64,000 nucleotides of DNA from Macrostomum lignano (lineage: Eukaryota). A program made the position numbers and the translations under genes. The notes beneath the pieces are model-generated. The model made no database searches and had not been told where the DNA came from. It saw only the letters and a program-made list of their open reading frames with translations. The stretch lies in the NCBI GenBank assembly GCA_002269645.1, contig NIVC01003206.1, forward strand, positions 47,452 through 111,451, given 5' to 3'. This document shows, one piece after another, positions 1-13,275 of this stretch (positions within the stretch are counted from its first letter, which is position 1; each line of letters starts with the position of its first letter).

Positions 1-589
1 GGTGCGAGCCGAGCTACGTTGGGTGTCTTAGACAAAGGCTAGCGTCCGCAACGTTGGGGCCCACTTCATAACTTTGGTCCCCTCGCTAAAGGCTCACATT
101 GGGTCCTCTCGTTGCCGTCCAGCCTCGCCAGGTGACTCGACCAGGTGACACGACCAGGTGACCTAGCCTATCTCCGTTCCTAGACTTATGAGCATTTTCT
201 TATGGCTCATAAAAATTGCCGTTCTGGAACTTCCTGCCGTACTAGCGCCATTGGCGGTTGCAATCCTTGTAATTCCTTCATCCATGGCTCTACATTTCTC
301 CTTCACTTGGCCGCTCCATAGACACTGGGCGACATTTAAAAAGTTTCAAAGGATTTATTTAAATTTCTTTGCAAGTTTTAACCGATTAATTTAACGATTT
401 AAAGTCAAGCAAGCAAGCAAAGTCACTGGAAACAGGAAGCGTGACGTCCGCAAACTTGGGGCATCAGCAGGCAACACACGAGCTGAACGAGCAGATGATA
501 AGAGAAACTCCAACTCTATGCCAGCCACTTTACTGAGTCTTTCTCTTTCTGTCTGTTTCCCATGGATGAATAATGGCATGAAAGTACGA

Positions 590-1400
590 GTATTGTGATC
601 CCGTCCGTCGCGACCTTATCAACGTCCACAGCGACACGGGCGATGAGGATAGTCGCCCCTCCACTTTCAACATCAGGAGGGGCTTCCAGGCCGCCATCCC
701 TGGTCGTGACAGCATTCCGCGGGATTTCGGTGTGAACCACTGCTTCACTGACGGCTCGCTATTTAACGGCCACGCTGGAGCAGGTATTGCTAGCTTCCAA
801 GAAGGTAAGATGCTCTTTCCGGAAAGTCTGCACCTCGGTGAGAATACCTCGGTTTTCCAAGCCGAAATCTGCGCCATTGAGCAGTGTGCCCAGCACCTGT
901 CCAGGCGAAAGTTGGGAATTTCAATATCCATTTTTACACTGATAGCCAAACCACTGTCAAGGCTTTAACCACCGAAAAAGTTCCTCTGCCGCAGTGTGCA
1001 ATCTCTCTGTTTTTAATAGGATTAGAATCGCCTGACACCCGGTCACAGCAACATCCTGGGTAACGAACTCGCGGATTCTCTCGCCAAGGAGGGGCAGCAA
1101 CCCAGACGGCAACCACCGTCTGATGAGGCCTAGACCTAGGTTGAAAATAACCTGAAAATCAATTACAGGTGGCTTCACTAGCAGCACCAGCTCCACTGGA
1201 AAATTTGCACCGACTACAGGTACACAGGAGCTCACTTAAAATAATCGACCTCAGGGAGCTGTGCATGGTCATAACCGGCCATGTATTCTTCCAGAGACAT
1301 ATCTCGTTGCAAACCGATTGCCATAGGAGAGCATAGAAGAGGAGACTGCAGAGCATCGCGTCACCTTCTGCCCGTTACTTCAATAAGGCGCGGCACAAAC
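590..1400 (+). mobile_element. 5'-truncated, degenerate non-LTR retrotransposon 3' end (RNase H plus C-terminal CCHC region; I/R1/LOA-like group)
   Basis: ORF 732-968 contains FTDGS...[10 protein letters not shown]. After a frameshift come TDSQ and HPGHSNILGNELADSLAKEGA (about 1040-1100), then ITGH...EEETAEH...CP near 1270-1375. Stops and frameshifts are present. Confidence 0.8.
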
Positions 1401-2004
1401 ATTCGTGCGAGCTGACCAGCCCGGAAAACATCCTTGACCTTCGCGTTTTCGTTCGAGATACCGACTGGATGAGGGTCGCCGACGCCTCCTCTGCGAACCT
1501 GCCCACTAAGGGTTAATCCTTGCTCTCTTTTACTTTGGGGTTGCGATAAGGGCCTCGCGACCTGGCCTAATCGCTGTGCTTGCGTCCCCGCTAGTAGTAA
1601 TGTCGTGCCGTGAAGTTGGCATAAAGAAATTCAAGGTTTATTTTAACTGGCAAGTAGCCTATTTAATAATGACACGAGCAGGGGCTGAGAGAACACCGAA
1701 ATAGAATCACGTGATCACAATTAACTACGTACAAGTGCATGGAAGCTTAGGGGTATGGCCAGTCAGCGCAAAGGGAGAGGAAAGAATGGCGTGCACGTAC
1801 GATGCACGTACATAACATAAGTTGGTTAGTTAGTCAGTGCCTAGAGCTCAGCGCTCCGGCACCACAAGTAAGTGAGTGTTGGGATCTAGTTTATTGGCAC
1901 GTACTGTACTTTAGCCGCCCCCAACGATGTTTTTTCTTCCCCCAATGATGGTCACCTGTCCCCCTGGGCTTCTACCTTTTGTGTTCAGCGTGGCTGCAGT
2001 CAAT

Positions 2005-2195
2005 CTCTTTCTCTCTCTCTTCTCTCTCATATCTCCTTTCCTCGCTGCTCTCTCATTTCTCTCTCTCGGCCCCATCCCGCTGTTTTGCTTTGCATCTTTG
2101 CATCTTTGCATCTTCAACAACCCTGCTCTCTTAGCTTGTCTCCCTTTGCTCTCTTAGCTTGTATTTAAGTTTCTTCTCCTTCTTCTTCTTACTCC
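2005..2195. repeat. CT-rich low-complexity tract
   Basis: Runs of (CT)n and CTT, plus a duplicated ctctcttagcttgt. Confidence 0.5.
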
Positions 2196-3184
2196 CCCCG
2201 CTCCTGCCACTCCAAGCCGAATAAACTGAAATCCGTAAGTTTGAGGCCGTTTTGAGCTACAAGTACAGAGTGTAGGTGCAAGTATCAAGTGTAAGGCCTC
2301 ACTTTTCCTAAGGGATTGGATAGGATCTGTGGACCGATTCCGATACCCATAAAGGATTATCGATTGATTGATTTTGGTATCGTAGAGTAACCGATAGAGG
2401 CATACGACTCCGATTCAGTTATTTCTAGAAGAAGACGCCCTTTCTGGGGCATTTAATTATTGTTATGTAGAGTTGACTTTGTTATTAGGGCGCATCTCTG
2501 ATTTCTGCACTCGAGGAATACTTCGACGTCGACGGATTAAATTGTTAACGCCCTCACATTCGGCCGATTTTAGAATTCGAGAAGACTACTCCAGAGGAAG
2601 ACTCCATAGAAGACTACTAGCTCTACGAACCTGCCCGACTAAGAAGAGGAGCCCGCACCAGTAAGTGATTACTGAATTTTGTTCCCAGGCTTAAGGTCCG
2701 GAAGTGGGAGTTCGTGCGTTTAGACACTAAAATTAATTCTCTCTCTCTTCTCTTTCTCTCTCTCTTTCCTCCTCTCTCTCTAGTGTGCTAAAGCGAACTC
2801 TTCACATGTGCGTTTGATGCGACCCTGGTTGCCGGCCTACTGCCAACGCGTTAGTGCTACAGTGCTCACATAGACACAAGAGCGCCATAGAAATTTCTCT
2901 CTCTCTCTCTCTGCTTGTGGCCAAGCCTGCCCCGATGAGCGTAGATCGGCTTGCACTAAGGAGGATGAGGGTGTGCTGGTGCTGGTTAGTCCTGCAATTT
3001 GTGTACGCAAATACGCAGCTTTCCGGAAATAGGAGAGAAAATTGGCCACCTAGCTTGTACTCGAGGCTGAGTATTAATTACTCCGAAGTATTCGAGAGTA
3101 GCAAGGCTAAAAAATTTGCAGACGAATCGACCAGCCAACTCGTACTGCAGACTAAAGGGTGCGCTTCAAACGAGACTGCGCCCC

Positions 3185-6100
3185 ATGGCCTCCACGGAGG
3201 ACGTGGAGGGCTTGGAACTCTGCGGACAGTCCGAGTCGTTGACTCAGCGCTTGCACAACGTTCTCAAAGACTACTCAGACGGTTTAGCTATCCCGAAGGA
3301 GATCATTCAGAATGCTGACGATGCCGGGGCCACCGAGGTGACGCTGATCTACGACAGCAGGAGCAACCGTCAGTGGCAGAAATCGGTTCTCAGTGGCCGC
3401 ATGGCAGACTGTCAGGTACAAGGAATTGATTTTTCAAGGTAGCATGTGTTTTGCAGTTTGCTCGTAGTTAATAGCTGGTAAATTGGAGGGCAGTAGAAAT
3501 TTATTCCAGTAATTCTTGTACCCATACCACCAGCACTCCGCCTGGCTTTTTTACTAGTAGCTTCATTCTTACCACGCGGCATACGTCTTGTCTTCGCTTG
3601 TCTTCGTAACAATAAAAGATGAAATGATTGCTGGTTTTATAAAGTTTCTTCTTCTTTATTAATAATCAGGGCCCGAGTCTTTGGGCGCACAATAATTCCG
3701 AGTTTACTCCTGAAGACTTCACAAACTTACTGAACCTTGGTGGTGCCACAAAGCGAAGCCAGTCGACCAAGGTGGGACGGTTTGGCCTCGGGTTTAACTC
3801 TGTCTACAACCTGACCGACGTACCCTCGGTGTTTAGTGGCTGGCGTCTGCAATTTTTGGACCCACATGGCGAGATTCGGGGGCGTGGCTTCCTGGAGGAT
3901 GTGAGTTGGTTTAATTATGTTTTTCCGAGCCTTATTTACACTGATTGGTAGGCCACCGACTTTTGCAGGTATACCGCAGGCAGGGTGGGAACAGCACTGG
4001 TGTCAAGTTAAACTTTGCCACAACGGCAGGTCGGCAGGTCCTGTCGGATTTCCCGCACCAGTTCGCACCCTATGCCGGCGTCATGGGCTGCGCCAGCGAC
4101 TTAAGCGCCCAGCCGTACCGGAGCACACTTATCCGCCTGCCGCTTCGAACGCCTCAGCAGGCTAAAGAGTCGAAAATCTGTCAGCAGGTTTATGGAGAGA
4201 TGGAGATGCGCGATTTGCTGGGAAAGACTGCTGAAGTTGCTCACCTGCTGCTGCTGTTCACGCAGTCTGTATCAGCCCTTCGATTGCTGCATCTTCGGGA
4301 TGGACCAAAGGCAGCGATGCTACTTGAGGTGAAACGCAGTCTAATTGAGTGCCTCCGACCACTCCCAGTTACCTCCGACAGCGGCAAGCTGTGCGATCAG
4401 ACTCAAGTGTTAACCGCTGCCGTGCATAAGATGCAACAAGAAAGCGCTGAAAAACTAATAGGACAGTTGCGGCTGCGCATTGAAACGTGGTATAGCGTTA
4501 AAGTGGCTAAGAGACTTGGCATTGACGCGCTGACTGTGGATACTAACCGCAAAGATGATTGGCTACAAAGCACTGCAATAGGCTTCAGTGACTCGCTTGA
4601 AATGTCGCAGCACAATGAAGTTTTTCGGCCGCCGCTAGCTAGCGTTGCAGTTCGAATAAAGACAAGTCAGGATGTCAGTGCAGCCGATGTAGTTAAACCT
4701 GGTGTCGCCTTCAGCTTTCTACCACTACCGGTTGAGACGCCACTACTATTTCATGTCAATGCAACATTTGCTGTGACGTCAAGCCGACGGCACCTAGAGG
4801 AGACAACCATGGATGAATCCGACGGTCGCTGGCACCCGGGCCGCTGGAATGCAGCTCTGCTGCGTGAGGCAGCTTGTACCGCTCTTGTGGCTGCAATTCA
4901 GCGAATGGCTATTGACGGGATCGTCAGGACACCCGATCTCTGGCCGCTTCCGGAAGCCGCATCCGGTAGCATTTGGTGCCATCTTGTAGACAGCTTTTAC
5001 CAAACAGTTTTCTCGGCCGACCCCGAAGCGCCGTGCGTTTTTCCTACCAACACAGGCTGGAAAAATCTGTCCAAAGTTGTATTCTTGGATGAATTGAGTC
5101 TGGGTTCGTCTGCCCTCGGCTCCGCAGCAGAAACCGTCCGTCGAATCGCTCAGTCAATGGTGCCTGAAAGCTGGGGTGTGGCGGAGGGGCTCGCACCAGG
5201 CGTTCAACGATCAGCCGTCCAGCTTGACCTGCTCGGCACAAGGTTGTGGGAAGGCGAATATTTTGTGGCGACTTTTCTTCGGAATCTTTCGAGATTGTGG
5301 AATTTTTCGGACGTCGACCGAAAGCACTGTTGCGAGTTGCTGCACCTTTTGCTACGAAGTCTCAGCCAGACAGCTGTATCAACAGAAGATCCCTTACGTT
5401 TTCTGAGATGTCTGTCAGTCCAAAGGCTACTGAAATCGTGTAGCTTCGTTCCAAATCAGCTGGGTCAACTTTGCCCTGCAAAAGAGCTGCTGGACCCAGG
5501 CTGCTCTGCAGCAGCTCTGTATGATCAAAATGATTCAATTTTTCCACGGAATGACTTCCAGATAGCTGATATTCGACGAGCGCTGTTGAAATTCGGATTG
5601 AAGTCCCAGATTGACTTTGACGAGTTATTGAAGCGAGCAGAGTCAATTTATACACTTGACAATGATTTGCGTAAGGAGAGAGTGCGATCACTGATGAGGT
5701 GCATTTGTGAAAGCAAGCAGTTGATGACACCATGTGAGGATCGGCTGGCCAAGCTAAGACTTGTCGAATTTCTGCCAGCACTGCAGACGCCCAAGGACTG
5801 CAAACTGCTTTGGTACTCCGACAGTAATGCTCAGGGCAAACTTTTTTCACCTAGTGCTCTGTATGATTCAACCTTGGAAAAGCTGGTCTCGCTGTGCCAA
5901 CCAGTTTTTGATAAATCGCTGTTACAAGACGTACCTCAGGACTACAAGGAGCCGTTGCTCCGCATGATCGGAGTGCAGAAAACTGTGACATGGTATGTTG
6001 CCTGGACTCAACTTTGCCGTGCTGCAGAAGTCTTTCATGAAGACAGCCGCCCAATATGCTTGGCTGTTTATCAGCACCTGTCCAAGCTCATTGATGAGGA

Positions 6101-9100
6101 CCCAACAGTTGCTTCTAAGGTGAGATCAGCCTTTAAAAATTGTGAATCGCCTGCAATTCTGTTTTCCGATCACGGATTTTCGCCCCCTCAGAAGGTGTCC
6201 CTCAACCTAGCAGATAAAGAGTGCCAGCCGTATCTTTTTCACTTACCGACGGATATAAGTCGAAGCCTTTCTAACTATCGTTACTTTCTTAAGGCTGTGG
6301 GTGTCTTGGAGCAGTTTGGTGCCGCTACCTACTGCCAAGTTCTAAAAGAGATGCAAGCAAAGTACAATGGTTCTGAACTGACGGATGCAGACAGAAAGTG
6401 CAGTATTGACTTGCTTACTCGGCTCAGCGAACTCAGTTCAGAAAAAATCCCTGAACGATCTGAGATTTTTGCTCCGGACAACAAAGGTGTCCTTACTCAA
6501 TGTTCGGATCTATGTTTTGGAAGCATAAAGTGGCTGCCAAATAGCAAAAGTTTGCACTTTGTTCACAAGGACGTGGCATATGGTGTCTGCGAGAAGCTGA
6601 GAATACCCGACAAGAGAGAGCAAGCACTGAAAATGCATCACACGCCGTTGCCGTTTGGTCAGAAAGAAGAACTAACGACCAGGATTAAAGGCATTCTTAA
6701 AAGCTACCCACTGGGCATTGAGATCTTCAAGGAGCTGGTGCAAAATGCAGATGACGCCAGCGCTACAAGAATTCATTTAATCAACGATCGCCGGAGCTTC
6801 TTACAGGAAAGAGTATTGGGAGAAGAATGGAAGAGCCTCCAAGGACCAGCTCTTCTAGTCGTCAATGACACGACTTTCTCTGATGATGACATTGAAGGAA
6901 TCCAAAATCTAGGCGTCGGGTCAAAGGGAAGCCATCCATGGAAAACTGGGCAGTATGGCATTGGATTTAACTGTGTATATCACGTGACAGACGTACCGAT
7001 GTTCCTCTCCGACAATCGGGTTTTGTGTGTGATGGACCCGCACTGCAGATACATGCCCAACGCTACCATGGAAAGCCCAGGTGGAATGTACAAAGATGAA
7101 AGTCTGAAAGCGATCATGACTGACTTTCCTCATTTTTTCGAAGTTTTCGAGTTGAGCTTTGAATCTCTACTCGGCTCTACTGTCTTTAGGCTGCCTCTTC
7201 GTACTCAGGATATGGCTCGAAAATCCAAGATATGCTCCAACTCTGGAGCAGTGAATTCAGAAAGGATAAGCGCTCTATTCGAAGAATTCAAGTCTGATTT
7301 AGCAGACATTCTGCTATTTTTGACCAACGTTAGAACCATCACTCTCTCAGAACTTGCACCAGATGGAAAGCTAACCAAAGTAGCTGAAGTTACATCGGAA
7401 ATTTCTGGAGAAGACCTCAGCATACAGCAAGTTTAAGCAAGAGTGCAAGAAGTTAGGCACAGTGCTTCAGCAACGTCAAGGTTTCGACAGAGTTTTCATG
7501 GGCGGCAGCAGTTTTGTTACGCATGAAACTACCGTTACTGTTTCTGAGACAAAACCGTTATCCAAATCCTCGTCTCTGAGGAAGTACACTTGGATGGTAG
7601 CTCAGCAGCATGGTTTTTCAAGTGCTGCGTCCAGGGAACTTCGAAGTAAAAGCTTAGCTAATTTGCGCCCTACGATAGCGTCTGGCCTGTGGAAGGCGCT
7701 ACCAAAGGTCGGGGTAGCTGCTCGGATTGATAAGTCGCCTGATTCATGTCAGCGTCATCGAGCTTTCAATCTACTTCCACTGCCTCTGATCACCAGCCTG
7801 CCTGTTCACGTGAACGGCCACTTTGCGCTAGATCCGTCGCGTCGAAATCTGTGGGAGGCTCACTCAAACGACGCTGCTTCCGAGTGGAACGACGTGCTTG
7901 TAACGACTGCACTGCCTGAGTGCTATGTGAAATTGCTTGATTCTTTGAGAAAGCGAATAAAGACAGTGACTGACGACAGTCAAGATCTATCACTTCCACT
8001 GTTTTATAGACTTTTCCCCCGTGCAAATGAGGCAGACAAGTCTCCTTGGGGCAATCTAACTACAAAGTTTTATAATGAAGTTCTTACTAAACAGTGGAAG
8101 CTGTTTCCTGTAATGGTTCACCAGCAGATTGAGTGGCAGCCTCTGGCTTTGAGCTCCGATTCAGTCGATGGAAAAGCCGCATTTATCCAAGAAGGCGCTC
8201 CTGGTGACGTTTGCGATGTTCTGGTTAAAATAAACTTGCCGCTAGTGCTCAAAGGACGAGATTTTTTGCCGTGTCTCCGACAGAGTGATATCAAATACAT
8301 CCCCGTTCTGGAGCAATGTGTGATAGTAAACTTTTTGAAGGGAAATTGTTGCAAAAATCTGCTTAAATCGCTGCCAATGCACGTTGAACACAGCATTTTT
8401 GCTTCCGAATCGGCAGTGATAACGTTGTTAAAATATTTGCTAAGAGACGCTTTAACAGGAAAGGCTGATAGCTTATTCAATCTCTTCGAGGCACCAATAA
8501 ATCTGACGGCTGATGGCAAACTGCGTCTTTTCGATGGGAACCAGCCGGTATTTCTGACGGAGTACGTTCGTCTTTTTCCGGAACAAAATTCAAATCTACT
8601 TTGTCGATTTGCTCACAAAAAAGTACTGGAGATTTTCCAACCGCAGCCTTTGTACGGGAAATTCGGGTCAGATCACAGCCCCGTTGCGTACGAGACCGGT
8701 ATCTATAAGAAATTCAGTCTTGAGGACTTTTGTCAATGTCTGGAGGAGTTCCTGCCAAACTGCGTGTCACCACGGAGCGCCTTCATCTCACTGAGCAGTA
8801 TTGAGTCTCGCATGGGGGACTTAAAGCCAATCGACTGGCTTCGGGATGTTTGGTGCTTTATTGAAGATGCTTATCGGCAAGCAAGTAGCAGCAGACAAAG
8901 TACGGGCGCAGATGATGTACTTGAGCCTGTTTGGGACTTTGCCTTAGTTCCGACATGTTTAAGCTGGGGGAATGAAATGGCCAGTGAGAAGTGTGACAGC
9001 CTTTTCCAGGTGTCAAAGTTGTCTTGCGTTTATCTTAAATCAGGCCGCTGTTTAAGCGATACTGGAGGAGCATCGAGGAGTCACTGCAGCAGCTAAAGGC

Positions 9101-12100
9101 GCCGGCTCTGGCAGTTCATAACAAGTTTTTGAAAGATTTAGCCGGCCAATTAAAAAAACCCGACACAATGCTCTCCGTGATTCGCTTCGCTCTGACCGAG
9201 AACGCAGCCAAGCCATCCAACCTTCCGTCAGCCGACATGGCCACGAGCATCTGCCGCTTTATTCAGGACAACCAATCTGCAATTATTCAGGCGTTGAAGC
9301 AACAGGGTTTTGTAAAGGCGACTCGAAATTTACCTATATTTGTTTCTTTGAGCGGTGATTGCACTAAAATTGGAGGACTGAGGGCCATAGTCATTCCAGC
9401 CAGCTTTGAGGCAGCTGAAATTCATTTGTGGAGTTGCTCTCAGCAGTGTGTCTTTATAAAAGAGAACCCAGAACTGGAGAAGCTGTACGAGTCCGTCCGC
9501 TGCAAGAAATTAAGCGATTATGCAGTCTACGCCGAATTCGTTCTGCCGGTATTTGATTCCTTTTCAGACCGGACGAAGCGCCTGCATCTTGAGAAGCTGA
9601 AAATTCTTAGTTGGAGTTTCCTAGGCTTAAGTCGCCGTAATCCCAATGAGAGCAAGATTTTTCTCAACGCACTCCAGCGCGCTAAAATTGTTCCCAACCG
9701 CAATTCGTGGGAACGAGCCGCCAATATTTATCACAAGGGTGTTGCTATTTTCTCTCAATTTATTCCAGAAGATGGGTTTCTGCCTAAAGAATTTTGCAAT
9801 GAAGAATGGCTTGATCTGATGAAATTGGCAGGACTTGTGACCGAGTGTACGGTGGAGCTGGTGCTGAAGTTTGCGAACTCTACAGCAAGCCTTCCTGTTG
9901 AGGATGCCAAAGAAAAGGCCGACTCCATTCTGAAAGTTGTCGCAAAGGCAGATTTCGGGCCTCGAAAGGAGGAGTTTCTTAAATACCTGTCTAAAATTCC
10001 GTTCATAGTGCCAGATTTTGAGCCTGACCTCAACCAGCTTTTTCCCTATGCAAACCCAAAAGTTTGTTCTATTGAGAATATGGTAGCAAGACAGGCCCGG
10101 TTTATTTGTTGGTCAGCGACTCCTACTTCACCAGCCATTATTACTGAGCTGAAATGCTTCGATAAGTACTTGAAAAAGTCCCGAGCAGTGCAGAATTTTG
10201 GTCGCATGTCAAGAACATCCTTAGAAGCAGTCAATTCCTCGACAAATTTGCGCCCCACTCCAGCTTGAATAAAACCAGAACCAAGGTGATGGACAAGGTG
10301 TACGCATTCATGAAGTCGCTTCTCCATTTGGAAGAGAGCAGGAGGCATTTCACTGAATTAAAGGATATTCCATGTATTCTTGCTGATGAATTTCAAAGAT
10401 TAGTTAAGCCAATGCAAATTACGCTGGCTGAGAGCAGCGACGCAATCCCGCCGTTTCTTTTTGCTTGTCCATCTCGATTCCGAAAGCATGGAGAGGTCTT
10501 TAGCCGACTTGGGGTATCGCATCAGCTGACTGTCCAGCATGTGGCCATGGTGCTTGAACAGATTAAGCTTGAACAGACAAAAAGTTGCTATCCTGCAAAG
10601 CTCAATCTAGAATTGACCACCCGAGGTATTCACTTGTTGCTAAAGATGCTTGAGCAGTCGCACACCCTACCCGCTGCAATTAGCTTATATCTTCCCACAT
10701 CAGCGGCTGATTCCAGAGGCTACCAGCTTGTTGACGCTCGCAATTTGGTAATCAATGATGTGGAGGAATATTTTAAACGCTTGAAGGATTCTAAGACGAT
10801 GAACGTACAATTCCTCGATCTAGAATTCTGTAAGATCAGTTCCGACCAGCGGAAACTGTTGGAGAAACGTCTAAGCGAAGATTTAAAAGTCCCTAAGCTT
10901 TCTTTGTTGGTCAGCGAGGAAATGGAAGAAAGTCCAAAGTGTTTACACAGTAAGAATGGATGCTTCACTTGTACCTACATATCTGACAAGTTCGGCAGCA
11001 GCGAGTTTCGCAAAGGATTAACCAGTGTTATAGTGCATGGAATGACAACAAGGGAAGATGAAAAGACGTTTGCCACCATCGGTAGCCTGTTTGATACGTT
11101 GCAAATTGACTGCAGGCAACAGCTGCACACGGTGCTGATCATACAAGGGAAACGGATTAGCGAATCTAAAAGAGAAAAGAGTTTTGTTTTCAAAGGAGAT
11201 GTCCTTTACGCGAAATATTTCAATGAGCTGCCAGTTTCTGACGACCTGGATTTTAAGAACTGTGAGTTGTCGGGAGCGGCTCTGAGTCTTCTGAGACCCA
11301 AGTTTCACATTGATGCATGCCATTATAACGCAATTGAAGATTTAGTACGTCTTAAAAGCTACGATAACGTTGCTAAAATATTAGAGAAGCACAACATTCG
11401 CGCCGTTAGCTTTCATGTCACCGCTGAAGCATGCGATGTGCAAAGAGAAGACAGTCACAGGCAATCAGAAACAACTGTGCTGAGTAAAAAACTTGCGAAC
11501 TCAATAGTAGCTTCCACTGAACTGGCCGTGTCAATTGACAGCCGAGATCTGGAATCTCAGTCACTCAGTGCCTGTAGCCAGGAACCTTCATACTCCCATT
11601 TGGGTTCACGCCACAACCTGCGGCGTCGAACACGAGACGTCAAAGAGTCGGAAATGCTGAGTAACGAGTTGAGTACGCAATGCGACGCTTCAAATGAATT
11701 TCTCTCACCTCGACAACGGACTGGACAACAAAAAGCAAGGCGTGGTCGAAGTCGAACTGCTGGTAGTTCTACTGGCGCTGAGCTAGAAGACTGGTCCGGC
11801 CTTCAATTTCAACAGCTGAACAGTCTCCCTTCGGATGACGAATGGGAGAAACTCAGCCGTAGCACTTCAAAAACTCGGCGCAGCAGGCGCTCTCTGCGTT
11901 CCAGCAGTCGAGGGCGCGAGAATTACGGCGTCTTTGGCGGTGCTGTGTTCGGCGGCAGCACTGCTGATCTTTCCGATCACATTGCTCCCTCACCCGGCGC
12001 AGCTCGGCGCTATCTGCAAACGGCCCAGCTCGACGCTGAGGTTTCAGCGGCGGCAGCCACCAGAGACTACTGTGACTGCTGGGCCTGCTACCAGAGCTGG

Positions 12101-12385
12101 CAGGCGGCGGAGAAGGCGCTGACTGCCATTCTGCTGGCCCACGGCAGGCCGGCCGCCCGCAGTCACAGTCTTGTCAGTCACCTGGAGCTGATTGACGAGC
12201 CTCTGCATGAAAGCCTGAAGCCGTTGGTTGACAGGCTGTGCAGAGTGCTGAACCGCGACCCGAGGTATCCACAGAACGGCATGACGCCGTATGAAGCGTT
12301 CAAGCAAAACGACGCCCAAGAGGCGAGCAAAGCAGCTGCAAGCATCGTAAGATTGGCCGAAGCAGAAATAAGGAAGCTATTATAA
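3185..12385 (+). CDS. SACS: Sacsin-like protein (~2,960 aa): two sacsin repeat regions plus C-terminal HEPN. Exons 3185-3415, 3670-3900 and 3969-12385; the last exon has three frameshifts (about 7420, 9038, 10175)
   Basis: GQSESLTQRL...KEIIQNADDAGA, GPSLWAHNN, KVGRFGLGFNSVYNLTDVP, then a second repeat FGQKEELTTRI...KELVQNADDASA...GQYGIGFNCVYHVTD. GT-AG introns 3416-3669 and 3901-3968 are both phase 0 and join in frame. ORFs 3945-7436, 7462-9096, 9129-10268 and 10265-12385 have overlapping open frames at each break. Confidence 0.9.
6647..7230 (+). other. Second Hsp90-like (GHKL) ATPase module of the sacsin-like protein
   Basis: ELVQNADDA, GVGSKG, GQYGIGFNCVYH, MDPH and FRLPLR motifs. Confidence 0.85.
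11990..12385 (+). other. HEPN domain at the C-terminus of the sacsin-like protein
   Basis: ARRYL..AQ.D...WACYQSWQAAEKALTAIL...SHSL...PRYP matches the HEPN (PF05168-type) pattern. Confidence 0.85.
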
Positions 12386-13275
12386 ATTTTTACTCTTTAA
12401 ACTATTTTTTCATAAAAGGTTTTCATAGCTTTGCTTGTGGGCTACTTGGCAAATCATTGTTTTAATTGTTTAGAGGTGGCATCAATATTGTTGGGAATGA
12501 AAACGGAAATCATAATTTTAAATTTATGTTCATTTGAGAAAGGAGCTCAAATGAAGTGGCTCAAATGTAACGCAATTCATACTGCTTTAAGTAGTGATTT
12601 TCTAACAAAGTAGTAACAACAGTTTACACTGGCGCATTGTTGATTATCGATTTGCGATTTTCTTGTTCAAAAAAAAGTCAACCCAAATTTCTTACTCATG
12701 TTTTGTTCATTCAACCCAGAGGTCGTGTTTCTTTTTCTCATAGCTTTATAAATTTTTTTGGTCCCATCACGTGTGGCTTTTTTGAGTACGGTTCGTGGTA
12801 AATAAAAAATGCGGTTCCGGTTGGTTGCACCAACTCATGCAAATTTAAATCCCTAGAAGCTCTAGTTTTTCACCTATGAGAGTTGTAGAAATAGGTGAGC
12901 TATTTTGTTCAATTAACCATTTTTTGCAGCAAATTATGGCTGATTAAAGTTTTTAATTCACCTTTTGTTCATTCATAACCAATTTTTTAACCCAGGCCTA
13001 AGAGCTTGAGGCGGCTCATTGTTCCACAGTTCGTGGTATAACATTTACAAATTTTCCTAATCAGCCATTTGGTTCCTTACTCCTCCCTCTATAATCCTTA
13101 CTTTAAGCTTTCATTTGAAGTAACCTGTGCTGTCTCAGTCCAAAGCCTGGTTAAGTTAAAAAAATTATACCAGCGTACATAGTCGCAGTAAATGGCAATC
13201 ATTCCGGAAATTTTATTCTCTATACTATAGGTTTCGGAAAAGTTACTATCTGTATGGATGAGTTACCCCAGTAGA

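Noticed and set aside
7384-10268. Programmed ribosomal frameshifting in the sacsin gene
   Set aside because: No X XXY YYZ slippery heptamers at the breaks; single-base homopolymer loss explains two of the three more simply.
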